Part shown: positions 9,272-18,761 of the stretch, one piece after another
Layout of the letters: each line of letters begins with the position of its first letter
Position numbering within the stretch: the stretch's first letter is position 1
Assembly (NCBI GenBank): GCA_045649825.1
Contig: JAZRQO010000021.1
Span: 6,388 to 70,387, forward strand
Origin: Clostridia bacterium
Lineage (GTDB): Bacteria > Bacillota > Clostridia > UBA1381
Length of the DNA: 64,000 bases
Reading direction: 5' to 3'
The notes under the pieces: model-generated
The model's input: the letters and a program-made list of their open reading frames with translations, nothing else
Database searches by the model: none
What the model was told of the DNA's origin: nothing
Made by a program: the position numbers and the translations under genes

Positions 9272-9300
9272 ATTATATCACATTTATATGCTAGTGTCAA
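9272..9300 (-). promoter_or_regulatory. Sigma-A type promoter for the HEPN-TIR cassette
   Basis: The minus strand reads TTGACA (9300-9295), a 17-nt spacer, then TGA-TATAAT (9277-9272), i.e. an extended -10. Confidence 0.65.
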
Positions 9301-9345
9301 ATTTTGTTTTTTTATGTAAATGAAGCTATCATTTTACTAATAGCA

Positions 9346-10707
9346 TTAATTATCATATTGAAGCAGTGCGACTGCTTCGACGTGCACTGTATTCGGGAAC
9401 ATATCAACCGCAGTTACTTTGTCAAGCTTATATCCGCCTTGATTTAGGATTTTTATATCTCTTGCTAAAGTGGCGGGGTTGCAGGATACGTAGACTATTC
9501 TTTTGGGATTTGCAGAGATTATTGTATTGAGAGTGATTTCGTCGCTTCCCTTTCTTGGCGGGTCGATTATAACTATATCGGGTTTTTCGCCGCCTTGAAT
9601 CAACTGAGGTACGATTTTTTCTGCACTTCCTGCATAGAATTCTGCATTTGTAATACCATTGGCTTTGGCATTTTTCTTTGCATCCGCAATTGCCCGGTCT
9701 ACTATTTCAACACCGATTACTTTTTTTGCTTTTTTCGCGGCAGTAAGAGAGATTGTTCCAATTCCGCAGTAAATATCCATTACTGTGTCGGTGTCGCTTA
9801 TATCTGCATATTCTATGGCTTTATTATACAAATTCTCCGTTTGCTCGGGATTTACCTGAAAAAAGCTGTTTGGAGATATTTCGTATTCGCATCCGCAAAG
9901 CGTGTCGGAAATAAATAATTTCCCGAAAACTGTTCGGTTATTGGGACCGAGAACAAGGTTTGTTCTGTCGGGGTTTATGTTAAGAATTATGCTTACAACA
10001 GAACCATCGGCTTGTATAATCTTATCTGCCAATGCTTTTTCATTGGGGAGTGATGAGGTTTTTGAAGATACAACAACCATTGTTTCCCCTGAAAATCTGC
10101 CACGGCGTATGAATATACGGCGCACCGCTCCCTTATGAGCTTCTTCATCATAAGGTTTTACCCTGTTTTCGTTCATATATTCAAGGACTGCATTTATTAT
10201 TTTACCGTCATCACCCATACCGAGCATACATCCGTTTAAAGGAATAATACTGTGGCTTCTCGGTGCATAGAACCCGCAAACCACAGTGCCTGACTTGTCC
10301 GCACCAACAGGATATACCATTTTATTGCGGTATCCCATATCACAGAGAGCAGGAATTAATGATACTTCTGTATCAGGGCTTTGATTTCCAAGTCTGACAA
10401 GGGCGTCGTATACGAATTTTCTCTTGATTTCGCACTGAGCATCATAATTAATATGCATAAGCTGACAGCCACCGCACTTTTTGTACGCAGAACACTCAGG
10501 CACTCTACGGCTCTCGGATGAACTGATGATATTAAGACATTTACCATATGCATATGCAGATTTCACCTTGACTATCAAGGCCTCAATAACATCTCCCTTA
10601 GCCGTAAATGGCACAAAAACAGTCAGACCGTCGTGACGTCCGACGCCCATACCTTCATTTGTTACATCTACGATTTCAAGAGTTACCTTATCATTTTTCT
10701 TAATCAT
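9346..10707 (-). CDS. rlmD: 23S rRNA (uracil-C5)-methyltransferase, RlmD/RumA family
   Basis: TRAM-like N-terminus, a Cys cluster (CxxxxxxCGGC) and a SAM-MTase core (DIYCGIGTISL, IIDPPRKG). Confidence 0.85.
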   Translation of the reverse strand: MIKKNDKVTLEIVDVTNEGMGVGRHDGLTVFVPFTAKGDVIEALIVKVKSAYAYGKCLNIISSSESRRVPECSAYKKCGGCQLMHINYDAQCEIKRKFVYDALVRLGNQSPDTEVSLIPALCDMGYRNKMVYPVGADKSGTVVCGFYAPRSHSIIPLNGCMLGMGDDGKIINAVLEYMNENRVKPYDEEAHKGAVRRIFIRRGRFSGETMVVVSSKTSSLPNEKALADKIIQADGSVVSIILNINPDRTNLVLGPNNRTVFGKLFISDTLCGCEYEISPNSFFQVNPEQTENLYNKAIEYADISDTDTVMDIYCGIGTISLTAAKKAKKVIGVEIVDRAIADAKKNAKANGITNAEFYAGSAEKIVPQLIQGGEKPDIVIIDPPRKGSDEITLNTIISANPKRIVYVSCNPATLARDIKILNQGGYKLDKVTAVDMFPNTVHVEAVALLQYDN

Positions 10708-10772
10708 AATACTTCCTTTAAATAGCATTTTTTAGTGCAAAAGGCGAATGCCTAAGCATCCGCCATTTAATA

Positions 10773-11573
10773 TTAGTCGTTTTCGTGCTCTGCGAGGTAT
10801 TCCTCAAAGCTGCTTACTTTAGCCTTTTCAACACGTCCTCCGCCGGGATATGTTGTGGGTAAATCCTCATCAACAGGATAGTTATACTCTTTCTTGGGAG
10901 CAGGCTTCTTGCTGTAGGAAGGTCTGCGTCTTTCATTCTTGGGAGCAATAACTACCTTACGGTAAGGTTCTTCGCCAACCGAGAATGTTGTCACATCTTC
11001 ATTTGACTGAAGATTTGCATGAATAATTCTTCTTTCATAGGGGTTCATAGGCTCAAGTGTATACTTTTTACCTGTGCGTGCAACCTTATTTGCAAGTCTT
11101 TCAGAAAGAGCCTTGAGAGATTCCTCTCTCTTCTGTCTGTAACCTTCAGTATCGATAGTTACTCTTGTGTAATCATCTCTTGATTTACCTTTGTTTGCAA
11201 CAAGTGATGTAAGATACTGCAAGCTGTCGAGAGTATCGCCTCTTTTACCTATTACAATTCCCATATCCGAGCCTTCGAGCTGGATGTTGAGGTTGCCTTC
11301 ATCCTCAGTTGATGTAATTTCAACCTGCATACCCATTGCCTCAAAAACGTCTGCAAGGAACTTCTCTGCAACATTTCCGTTGTCTGCTGCACCAAGGAGT
11401 TCTACCTCGATTACTGCGTCTTTTGAACCAAGGCCGAGAAAGCCCTTTGATGCTTCTTCCAATACTGTATATTTTACTTCATTTTCAGAAACGCCAAGCT
11501 CTTCAAGAGCGAGGGTAAGTGCTTCTTCAATGCTTTTTGCGCTTTTTGTTATTTTTTTCGGGGAGTTTGACAT
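10773..11573 (-). CDS. jag: RNA-binding protein Jag/KhpB (Jag_N-KH-R3H)
   Basis: KSIEEALTLALEELGVSENEV at the N-terminus and an R3H-type C-terminus (ERRIIHANL). It overlaps the 3' end of yidC. Confidence 0.85.
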   Translation of the reverse strand: MSNSPKKITKSAKSIEEALTLALEELGVSENEVKYTVLEEASKGFLGLGSKDAVIEVELLGAADNGNVAEKFLADVFEAMGMQVEITSTEDEGNLNIQLEGSDMGIVIGKRGDTLDSLQYLTSLVANKGKSRDDYTRVTIDTEGYRQKREESLKALSERLANKVARTGKKYTLEPMNPYERRIIHANLQSNEDVTTFSVGEEPYRKVVIAPKNERRRPSYSKKPAPKKEYNYPVDEDLPTTYPGGGRVEKAKVSSFEEYLAEHEND

Positions 11574-12477
11574 CAAAATCGTCACCTTTCTTATCAAAGT
11601 AATAATTGAGTGCTACCTGCTGAACAAACTGCATAACACTGCTGATTATCCAGTAAAGTCCCATACCTGAGGGAAGAATGAATGTAAAATAACCTGTCAT
11701 AATAGGCATAATAATATTCATCGAGCTGGTCATCTGCTGTGCTTGTTCGTTTGCCGCACTATTGGCTGATTTGTTCTGGCCCTGCATATACTTTGAACTG
11801 AGCCATGTTGTGAGAACTGCCAATACAGGGATAAGTATAAGTAACACTATGCTGAGATTGCTGAAATCACCGTTCATAATAGGTGATATTGCAGCTGAGG
11901 GCTTCTGAGAAAGGTCAAGACCAAGAAAATCGAAGTTAAGCACCCAGTCAAGCTGTTCGCCAAGCGCTGAACACCATTTTGAAAGAGTTATCTGCCCCAT
12001 CTTGATAATATTTGAAGGCTCTGCTCCTGCATATTCACCAAGGAGTGCGGGGAATGTTTCCGCAATCTTATCTCTCAAAGTAGCCACAATCTGAAGCTTG
12101 TCCTCGCTCCAGTCGGTTACACCGGCAATGTATGTGATAGGTCGCTGAATTACGTGATAAAGACCGATGAGTATAGGCATCTGTATAAGCATAGGAAGGC
12201 ATCCGCCTGCCATACTCACATTGTTTTCTTTATATACCTTCATCATCTCTCGCTGAAGCTTTTCTTTATCGTTTGCATACTTTGCCTGAAGCTGTGCAAT
12301 GATAGGCTGAATTTTCTGCTGCTTTCTCATTGCTTTCTGTGATTTAATATTGAGGGGTAATAATATAAGCTTAACCACTATGGTAAAAAGTATAATTGCA
12401 AGGCCGTAGTTCTGCACAAGCTCATAAATAAACCCAATAATAAATCCAAGAGGTCTTTTAATCAAAAATTCGTACAT
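11527..12477 (-). CDS. yidC: Membrane protein insertase YidC/SpoIIIJ
   Basis: YidC/Oxa1 core motifs (GCLPMLIQMPI, GMGLYW) and a lysine-rich C-terminal tail. Confidence 0.9.
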   Translation of the reverse strand: MYEFLIKRPLGFIIGFIYELVQNYGLAIILFTIVVKLILLPLNIKSQKAMRKQQKIQPIIAQLQAKYANDKEKLQREMMKVYKENNVSMAGGCLPMLIQMPILIGLYHVIQRPITYIAGVTDWSEDKLQIVATLRDKIAETFPALLGEYAGAEPSNIIKMGQITLSKWCSALGEQLDWVLNFDFLGLDLSQKPSAAISPIMNGDFSNLSIVLLILIPVLAVLTTWLSSKYMQGQNKSANSAANEQAQQMTSSMNIIMPIMTGYFTFILPSGMGLYWIISSVMQFVQQVALNYYFDKKGDDFDVKLPEKNNKKRKKH

Positions 12478-12491
12478 AATATAAATCCTCT

Positions 12492-12719
12492 CTATTCGCT
12501 GTCATTCTCCGGAACGGGATCATACCCTCCCTTACACAAGGGATTGCATCTGAGAAGCCGCCAAAGTGCCATTGCTCCTCCCTTTAAAGCTCCGTATCGC
12601 TCCACGGCGATATAGGCATATTCCGAGCATGTTGGAATAAACCGACAGCATGATGTGCCTTTCATAGGCGAAATACGGTGTCTGTAAATTAAAATCAATT
12701 TAAGTAATAATTTTTTCAT
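12492..12719 (-). CDS. yidD: Membrane protein insertion efficiency factor YidD
   Basis: [24 protein letters not shown] and the [14 protein letters not shown] signature. Confidence 0.9.
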   Translation of the reverse strand: MKKLLLKLILIYRHRISPMKGTSCCRFIPTCSEYAYIAVERYGALKGGAMALWRLLRCNPLCKGGYDPVPENDSE

Positions 12720-12751
12720 ATCGGAATTATATGCGGATAAAAAGTCAATAA

Positions 12752-13090
12752 TCACTCACTATAAAGTCCAAGCGTATCAAATGCACGCTTAAGGTCGTGA
12801 GTAACCTGCAAACTGTTTTTTCCGTCAATTCTGTTCCTGGCAACTATTATAAGGTCATAGCCGCCCTTCACATTAACACAAGCCAAATCGAAAGCAACCC
12901 GCAAAAGACGCTTGGCGCGGTTTCGCTTCACCGCATTACCAATGCCTTTTCCTACGGTAAGTCCTGCACGAACGGTTTCACGCTTTGTTTTTGCAGCATA
13001 AACCGCTATACATCCGCAGGCAACGTTCTTACCTTTGGCATAGAGCCTCCGAAAGTCCCTGTTAAGCTTTAGTCTGTTTTCTTTTTTCAT
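12752..13090 (-). CDS. rnpA: Ribonuclease P protein component
   Basis: [17 protein letters not shown]...[13 protein letters not shown]. The start at MKKEN was chosen within a longer ORF. Confidence 0.85.
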   Translation of the reverse strand: MKKENRLKLNRDFRRLYAKGKNVACGCIAVYAAKTKRETVRAGLTVGKGIGNAVKRNRAKRLLRVAFDLACVNVKGGYDLIIVARNRIDGKNSLQVTHDLKRAFDTLGLYSE

Positions 13091-13160
13091 AAATCTCTGA
13101 ATACACAAAAAGGCAAAAAGCACGACGACTTCTTGCCCAAACATCAACACCTAGCAGACA

Positions 13161-13295
13161 TTATGCTGAAAGCTTCTTTCTTCCCTTCTGTCTTCTGCTA
13201 GCTAAAATCTTTCTACCGGAAGAAGTACTCATTCTTTTTCTGAATCCGTGTTCTTTTGATCTTTGACGTTTTTTCGGCTGAAATGTTCTTTTCAC
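13161..13295 (-). CDS. rpmH: 50S ribosomal protein L34
   Basis: This ORF is not in the ORF track. My own translation from a GTG start gives (M)[49 protein letters not shown] lies 8 nt upstream. Confidence 0.95.
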   Translation of the reverse strand: MKRTFQPKKRQRSKEHGFRKRMSTSSGRKILASRRQKGRKKLSA

Positions 13296-13376
13296 GTCCC
13301 TGCACCTCCTATTTTATATGCTTCTACTATACCTCTGACTAAACTAAAGTCCTGTTTACAATCAGACACCTAAACA

Positions 13377-13405
13377 ATTATACTAACTTTAAGAGATTTT
13401 GTCAA
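13377..13405 (-). promoter_or_regulatory. Consensus sigma-A promoter of the rpmH operon
   Basis: The minus strand reads TTGACA (13405-13400), 17 nt, then TATAAT (13382-13377). Confidence 0.7.
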
Positions 13406-13506
13406 TACTTTTTTATTTTTTTTACTACATTTATGAAAAATGAATAATACTGTAACCTGTGAATGAAATTTTTTATCACTTATATATGTAACTTATATTA
13501 TGTTAG

Positions 13507-14868
13507 TTATCTTGTGAGTACGTGAATCCAGCTATCATTCCTGTATCTGAACAGGCAGATTATAACCTTGATTATCTCATCGCTTTTCATAAGAGCAAAC
13601 ACAACCGGTACCTGCCAACAAAGCTTCGATGCGACAAATGCCGCAGGCAATGCAATACACCATATACAAACAGTTTCTGAAACAAGGCAGAAAGTTGTAT
13701 CTCCCCCGCCACGCAAAACTCCCATAATATTAATTGCAGCAAATGATACAAAAATCGTTATAACCGCCATAACATCTATAAGCTCACCCGCAAGCTCCAA
13801 TGTTTCATAGGGGAAATCATAAAATGAAAGCATAGGTTTTTTCAGGATTAATATAAGCCCTGCCGCAGCCACACCTAACACAATAGCAAAAACATTAAAG
13901 GTAAATGCCTGTTTTTTCACAAAATCAACATTTCCCTCACCAATAGATTTTCCGACCATTACACCTGCGGCATTTGCCACACCGAATAAGAAGATTGTAG
14001 AGAGCTGCTGCACTATACTCATTATTGAATTTGCAGCAACAGGGTCACCTGCGGAATATGTAATATGCCCCAGGATACCCGCCTGCACGGACATTCCCAA
14101 AGACCACAAAACTTCAATTACAAGCACAGGTGTACCGTGGCGAAGCAAATCTGACACAAGGTATCCGCACTTTGAAAAGATGTGTGAAATTCTGAACTTA
14201 AGCCTTTTTTCTATAAAGAAAAGATACACAACAGTTATTATAAACTCACTTATACGAGCAATGAGTGTTGCAATTGCCGCACCCTCAATGCCAAGTGCCG
14301 GTGCACCGAAATTTCCGAATATAAGTACCCAGTTCAAGAACACATTAAGGCAGAATGAAACAGAATTCACCACAACGGATATTTTTACCGATTCAATGCT
14401 TCTGAAGGAGCATAGGACTGTACTCCCGGGAGCGAAAATAAAATATGCAAATCCAATAATGCGAAGATATTTCGCACCTGTAGTTATAAGTTCGGCATCA
14501 TTGGTATAAAGCCCCATAATATTTTCAGGAAATAAAAGCACAACGGAGCCTGCAATTATGCCAACAATGATTGCAACGCGAAGCACCAGAGAAAATATTT
14601 TTCTGATTGCCCCAAAATCACCTTTACCATAGTACTGAGCAGTTAGCACACTCGCCGCGCCTGCAAGCCCGAAACACATAATAGTAAGTATAAAAAACGG
14701 CTGATTTGCAAGAGCTGATGCGGACAAAAACACTCCCGTACTGTCAGCCTTACCAAGCATTAAAGTGTCCATCATACTTGTAGAAAATGTTATAAGGTTC
14801 TGAAGCGCTATGGGAAGTGCGATTTTTAATATAGACATATAAAAAGCTTTATTTGTTATAAATTTCAT
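13507..14868 (-). CDS. MATE family efflux transporter
   Basis: 12-TM-like protein with ILKIALPIALQNL near the N-terminus. The start at MKFITNK was chosen inside a longer ORF. Confidence 0.8.
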   Translation of the reverse strand: MKFITNKAFYMSILKIALPIALQNLITFSTSMMDTLMLGKADSTGVFLSASALANQPFFILTIMCFGLAGAASVLTAQYYGKGDFGAIRKIFSLVLRVAIIVGIIAGSVVLLFPENIMGLYTNDAELITTGAKYLRIIGFAYFIFAPGSTVLCSFRSIESVKISVVVNSVSFCLNVFLNWVLIFGNFGAPALGIEGAAIATLIARISEFIITVVYLFFIEKRLKFRISHIFSKCGYLVSDLLRHGTPVLVIEVLWSLGMSVQAGILGHITYSAGDPVAANSIMSIVQQLSTIFLFGVANAAGVMVGKSIGEGNVDFVKKQAFTFNVFAIVLGVAAAGLILILKKPMLSFYDFPYETLELAGELIDVMAVITIFVSFAAINIMGVLRGGGDTTFCLVSETVCIWCIALPAAFVASKLCWQVPVVFALMKSDEIIKVIICLFRYRNDSWIHVLTR

Positions 14869-14965
14869 TATAATAACTCCTGATAATCTGATGGAATGTA
14901 TTTTAGCATCAATTGCAATTTTTGTCAACAAAAAAGGAGAATATGTGTGCACATTCTCCTTTATA

Positions 14966-15838
14966 TTATGCTCTTGGATGGGCTTTTTCGTATACTTCCC
15001 TTATATGGGAATCTATAAGCCCTGTATAAATCTGTGTTGATGAAATATCTGCATGTCCCATCATGGTTTGCACTGCTCTCATATCGGCACCGTTTTCAAG
15101 AAGGTGTGCCGCAAATGAATGACGAAGTGTATGAGGCGTTATTTCAGCATCTATGCCCGCTTTTTCTCCGTAAAGCTTTATAATCTTCCAAAAGCCCTGA
15201 CGTGAAATGCTTCCGCCTGAACAGTTAACAAACAGCCTTTCGGTTTCATTACCCTTCAAAAGCTTTGGTCTTGCAATATTTACATAATCGGAAATCGCCT
15301 GAACAGCTCTTTCGCCAATTGGTATAATTCTTGATTTACACTTAATGTATCGCATACGAAGCTCCACGTCTGAAAGAGTTAACTCTATCAGTTCTGAAAC
15401 ACGTATACCTGTAGCATATAAAAGCTCTATCATAGCTTTATCTCTGCGTCCCTTGGCTTCTCCTGAATCAGGTGCTGCAAGAAGGAGGCTGATTTGTTCT
15501 GATGTAAGAATTTTAGGCAGCTTTTTTTCTACATGGGGAGCTTCAAGGCTCACCGTAGGATCTGCTATTGCATCGTTATTTATTCTCAGATATGCATAGA
15601 ACGAACGAAGTGACGTAAGCATGCGTGATATGCTTGCAGGCGCTCTTCCGCTTTTCTTAAGCTCAGCAAGATATGTAATAACATCATGCTTGGTTGCTCT
15701 TTGTGCGTCTGTAACTTTCACCTTTGAAAGATATGTAATGTATTGTGTAACGTCACGTCTGTACGATTCGACGGTATTTTTTGACTTATGTTTTTCGTCC
15801 TGCATATATGTGATGTATTCTTCAACACAACAGGTCAT
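14966..15838 (-). CDS. xerD: Site-specific tyrosine recombinase XerD/XerC family
   Basis: ARGLxxxT-type core-binding N-terminus and a catalytic region HTLRHSFAAHLLENGADMRAVQTMMGHADISSTQIYT. Confidence 0.85.
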   Translation of the reverse strand: MTCCVEEYITYMQDEKHKSKNTVESYRRDVTQYITYLSKVKVTDAQRATKHDVITYLAELKKSGRAPASISRMLTSLRSFYAYLRINNDAIADPTVSLEAPHVEKKLPKILTSEQISLLLAAPDSGEAKGRRDKAMIELLYATGIRVSELIELTLSDVELRMRYIKCKSRIIPIGERAVQAISDYVNIARPKLLKGNETERLFVNCSGGSISRQGFWKIIKLYGEKAGIDAEITPHTLRHSFAAHLLENGADMRAVQTMMGHADISSTQIYTGLIDSHIREVYEKAHPRA

Positions 15839-15982
15839 ATATGGTTCTCCTTTTTGTACAATGATAACGTGGGCGCACCCCACTCAAGTATATTATACCA
15901 CATATCAGTTTTTTGTGAAGAGTTTACACGGTTTTTTGTAACAGATAATTTTCTGTTTTGCTACACAACCGTTACATATACA

Positions 15983-16558
15983 TTACATCGTTTTAGAAAT
16001 CCATTGCATAAATGTTGTGGTTAAGAAACTTTGAAAAACAGAAACAGCACAAAATACAGACAGAAAAAAAAGAGCCGCCAAAACATATTTGCCTAAAAAT
16101 TTTTTTTTATTCTCATGACTCAAAAATGACATTTTTAGTGAAATTGACGAAAAAAACGTCAATAAAGGTATATAAAGCAGCATTTCGGGAATCAGCGCCG
16201 CACAGGCTTTTATCCCTGACAAGCCATAAACACGTAAAAATCCTGCCGATGTATAACCTATTACAAAACCCCGTTCACAAACTGTTGCAACATTCATCAA
16301 AAATCCGGGAAGTACCCAGCCTGAAACGGCAATGAAAAACCAGACAGCAATCTGCTTTTTAAGTCCGCTGTAAACAATCCCCTTATCAACCCCAGGTACA
16401 TTTTCAAAAAAATTAACAAGATACCCCGACAAGTTACCACACTGCTCCTCTGAAATTCTTCCTGCAGATATACTTCCGCATACGGCAGCAACAAGCAAAA
16501 TTATAGCAGGCACTAAAGTTGTCTTTGTTATAAAACGGAATTTTAATTTATCGGACAC
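15983..16558 (-). CDS. spoIIM: Stage II sporulation protein M
   Basis: Polytopic 191-aa protein of SpoIIM length and topology. The xerD-neighbourhood synteny resembles B. subtilis. Confidence 0.65.
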   Translation of the reverse strand: MSDKLKFRFITKTTLVPAIILLVAAVCGSISAGRISEEQCGNLSGYLVNFFENVPGVDKGIVYSGLKKQIAVWFFIAVSGWVLPGFLMNVATVCERGFVIGYTSAGFLRVYGLSGIKACAALIPEMLLYIPLLTFFSSISLKMSFLSHENKKKFLGKYVLAALFFLSVFCAVSVFQSFLTTTFMQWISKTM

Positions 16559-16628
16559 AATCCCACCTCCCCATAATCATCATATTTGGATATCCACGTA
16601 CATATACCAAAAAATTCAGCAAAAAGCC

Positions 16629-16657
16629 TTGACAAAAGAATTTTCATATGGTAGAAT
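16629..16657 (+). promoter_or_regulatory. Sigma-A promoter of tRNA-Ser
   Basis: TTGACA (16629-16634), 17 nt, then TGG-TAGAAT (16652-16657). Confidence 0.7.
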
Positions 16658-16670
16658 ACTATTCGTGTTC

Positions 16671-16758
16671 GGAGAGGTGGCCGAGTGGTTGAAGGCGCAG
16701 CATTGGAAATGCTGTGATGTGAAAGCATCCGTGGGTTCGAATCCCATCCTTTCCTCCA
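16671..16758 (+). tRNA. tRNA-Ser (anticodon GGA)
   Basis: I folded the cloverleaf by hand. The acceptor stem is GGAGAGG/CCTTTCC. The anticodon stem is CAGCA/TGCTG with loop TTGGAAA. There is a long variable arm, a T-arm GTGGG-TTCGAAT-CCCAT, and an encoded CCA. Confidence 0.9.
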
Positions 16759-16766
16759 TGAAAAAA

Positions 16767-16796
16767 AGCGTACTGAAATTTCAGTGCGCTTTTTTA
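16767..16796 (+). terminator. Intrinsic terminator after tRNA-Ser
   Basis: Stem AGCGTACTGA / TCAGTGCGCT with a short loop, followed by TTTTT. Confidence 0.75.
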
Positions 16797-16862
16797 GTTG
16801 AAATAAATCCTTTCACGATTTGTGAAATACCCTTAGAGAGGGCCAACTGTTTTTGGCTTTTT

Positions 16863-17417
16863 TTACTTTACTATTCTCTCAATAAAAGCTTTGAGCATAT
16901 CTTCCTGAATCATTCCAACCTTTTTGTATACAATTTCTCCATCTCTGTTTACAAAAACGGTTACGGGAATTGAATAAGTGCCGTATGCCATAGCTCCGCT
17001 ATACTCCGTATCGAAGTAGACAGGAAATGTATATCCCGTATCTTCAATGAATGTGTTTACGACCTCTTGGGTTTCTTCCTGACCGTCGGTGAGGTTAACC
17101 ATCATAAATTCCACAGTATCGCCGTATTCTTTATACATTTGTTCAAAGTAAGGCAGCTCCGCTTTACAAGGCGGACACCAGGTGGCCCAGAAGTTTATAA
17201 CAACAGGCTTTCCTTTATAATCCGAAAGCTTTATGCTTTCACCTTTTGTCGAGATTACAGTGAAATCAGGAGCAGCCTCAAGAGGTTTTGTTTGCGATGT
17301 TTCACTTTCGGCAACCTCGGGCACAAATTTTGGGAACAGCTTATTGTATCCGAAAACTGCAGCTCCAATAATAATCACCAACAATATAAGAATTACTATA
17401 AGTCCTTTATGCTTCAT
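16863..17417 (-). CDS. TlpA/ResA-family thiol-disulfide oxidoreductase (membrane-anchored thioredoxin fold)
   Basis: N-terminal TM anchor and the FWATWCPPCKAELP active site. Confidence 0.85.
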   Translation of the reverse strand: MKHKGLIVILILLVIIIGAAVFGYNKLFPKFVPEVAESETSQTKPLEAAPDFTVISTKGESIKLSDYKGKPVVINFWATWCPPCKAELPYFEQMYKEYGDTVEFMMVNLTDGQEETQEVVNTFIEDTGYTFPVYFDTEYSGAMAYGTYSIPVTVFVNRDGEIVYKKVGMIQEDMLKAFIERIVK

Positions 17418-17421
17418 AAAA

Positions 17422-18084
17422 TCACGCTCCCCCCTCTATAAATGCGAGAATATCGGTCATAAGCCCTGACATAATCAAAAAACCTACTAATATAAGGAAA
17501 GAGCCGCAAACCGTTTTGATTACAACGTAATGCTTTTTCACTGCGTTAAACAATGATGTAAGCTTGTCTATAATAACCGCTGAAATAAGGAACGGTATGC
17601 CCATACCAAGAGAATAGGTAAGCAGAAGCAACACGCCTTTTAAAACTGTTCCCGAAGCGGACGCCATCATAAGTGCAGAGCCGAGAAATGCTCCCACACA
17701 GGGAGTGTGGCTTACAGAAAATACCACTCCGAATACAAATGCTGAGAAAAATCCGTTTACTTCATAGCTTCCGCTAAATCCTCTTATAAAGGGTATACGT
17801 ATAATATCAAGATAGCCAAGCCCGAATAGTATAATAATTCCGCCGCATATTATATTAACCCACATTTTATAACGTGTAAGCAATGCACCTGCCGTGCCTG
17901 CAAAAACGCCAAGCAAACAAAATACTGCCGTAAACCCCGCAACAAATGCCAGGGCTTTCAAAACCGTTCTGTGCATCCTCGCGGCATCCCCTGCAAAATA
18001 GGAAATGTATACAGGCAGAAGCGGAAGCATACAGGGTGATATAAAAGAAATAATCCCTTCAAGAAAAGTTATAACATATTCCAT
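17422..18084 (-). CDS. ccdA: Cytochrome c biogenesis protein CcdA (DsbD-like transmembrane electron transfer)
   Basis: 6-TM protein with an ISPCMLPLLPVY motif, paired with the TlpA-like gene. Confidence 0.8.
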   Translation of the reverse strand: MEYVITFLEGIISFISPCMLPLLPVYISYFAGDAARMHRTVLKALAFVAGFTAVFCLLGVFAGTAGALLTRYKMWVNIICGGIIILFGLGYLDIIRIPFIRGFSGSYEVNGFFSAFVFGVVFSVSHTPCVGAFLGSALMMASASGTVLKGVLLLLTYSLGMGIPFLISAVIIDKLTSLFNAVKKHYVVIKTVCGSFLILVGFLIMSGLMTDILAFIEGGA

Positions 18085-18213
18085 GAAATACGCTCCTTAA
18101 AAATATACTATATAAATTTTACCATAAAACTTGTCCTTTGAAAACACTTTTTTCTGATTTTTGTTTATATTTAAGGAGACTGCCGCCCCGAACACGCAAG
18201 CCTCCCTTTTATT

Positions 18214-18684
18214 CTACAAAATATGCAAAAATCTGACATCTGCATAGTCATAATCCGACAAAGGTCTGTTTAAGGAATCATTTGTATGTGCTGCAAGAAG
18301 CACGGTATCGGGAGTATACTCCCCTACATCTATAATCACAGGTGTATGGTCAAACCGCCCGTCGCCGTTAAAATCAAGCTGAACAAGGTCGCCAGGCTCT
18401 AACCCGTCAATGCCTACCTCTGCCGCACGAGGTCCTCGACCACGGTTTGAAGTAAGAAAATTATAAAGCTCATTTACCCCTGTCCATGACGGGCTTTTTC
18501 TGTTACCGTCAATATAATACCATCCGTAAACAGGTTTATAATTCATTTCACCGTAACCGGCATAAAGCACCTGAGATGCAAAATTAGTACAATCTCCCCC
18601 GATTTGTGTATAGTCGTAGAACACGGGATTTCTCCCAAGTGCCCATTTTTTTGCATATTCCACCGCCTTATCTCTGTTATACAT
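18214..18684 (-). CDS. Putative amidase-domain protein (Amidase_6-like)
   Basis: YNRDKAVEYAKKWALGRNPVFYDY...GGDCTNFASQVLYAGY, a pattern typical of the putative amidase domain family. Confidence 0.6.
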   Translation of the reverse strand: MYNRDKAVEYAKKWALGRNPVFYDYTQIGGDCTNFASQVLYAGYGEMNYKPVYGWYYIDGNRKSPSWTGVNELYNFLTSNRGRGPRAAEVGIDGLEPGDLVQLDFNGDGRFDHTPVIIDVGEYTPDTVLLAAHTNDSLNRPLSDYDYADVRFLHIL

Positions 18685-18761
18685 AAGTTACCTCCTTTCT
18701 TTATATATAATATGCCTTTTTTGAGCAATTTGCGAAAAATATTTTTTTTAAAAGAAAAGGG

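Noticed and set aside
11527-11573. 47-nt overlap between the yidC 3' end and the jag start, as a possible frameshift or annotation problem.
   Set aside because: Both reading frames give full-length, family-typical proteins. The overlap depends only on which in-frame jag start is used, so it is probably genuine or trivially shorter.
13296-13506. Possible oriC / DnaA-box cluster upstream of rpmH.
   Set aside because: The region is AT-rich, but I found no close matches to TTATCCACA/TGTGGATAA. Only the rpmH promoter is evident.
14966-16758. A tyrosine recombinase close to a tRNA-Ser gene, which could mark an integrated mobile element.
   Set aside because: The recombinase has XerD-type motifs. 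It sits next to spoIIM, a core chromosomal arrangement as in B. subtilis. The tRNA has its own promoter and terminator. No partial tRNA repeat and no cargo genes were seen.
16841-16868. GCCAA-CTGTTT-TTGGC plus T-run as a terminator.
   Set aside because: The stem is only 5 bp. Its orientation (plus strand) does not match the adjacent minus-strand gene end. The upstream tRNA already has a strong terminator.
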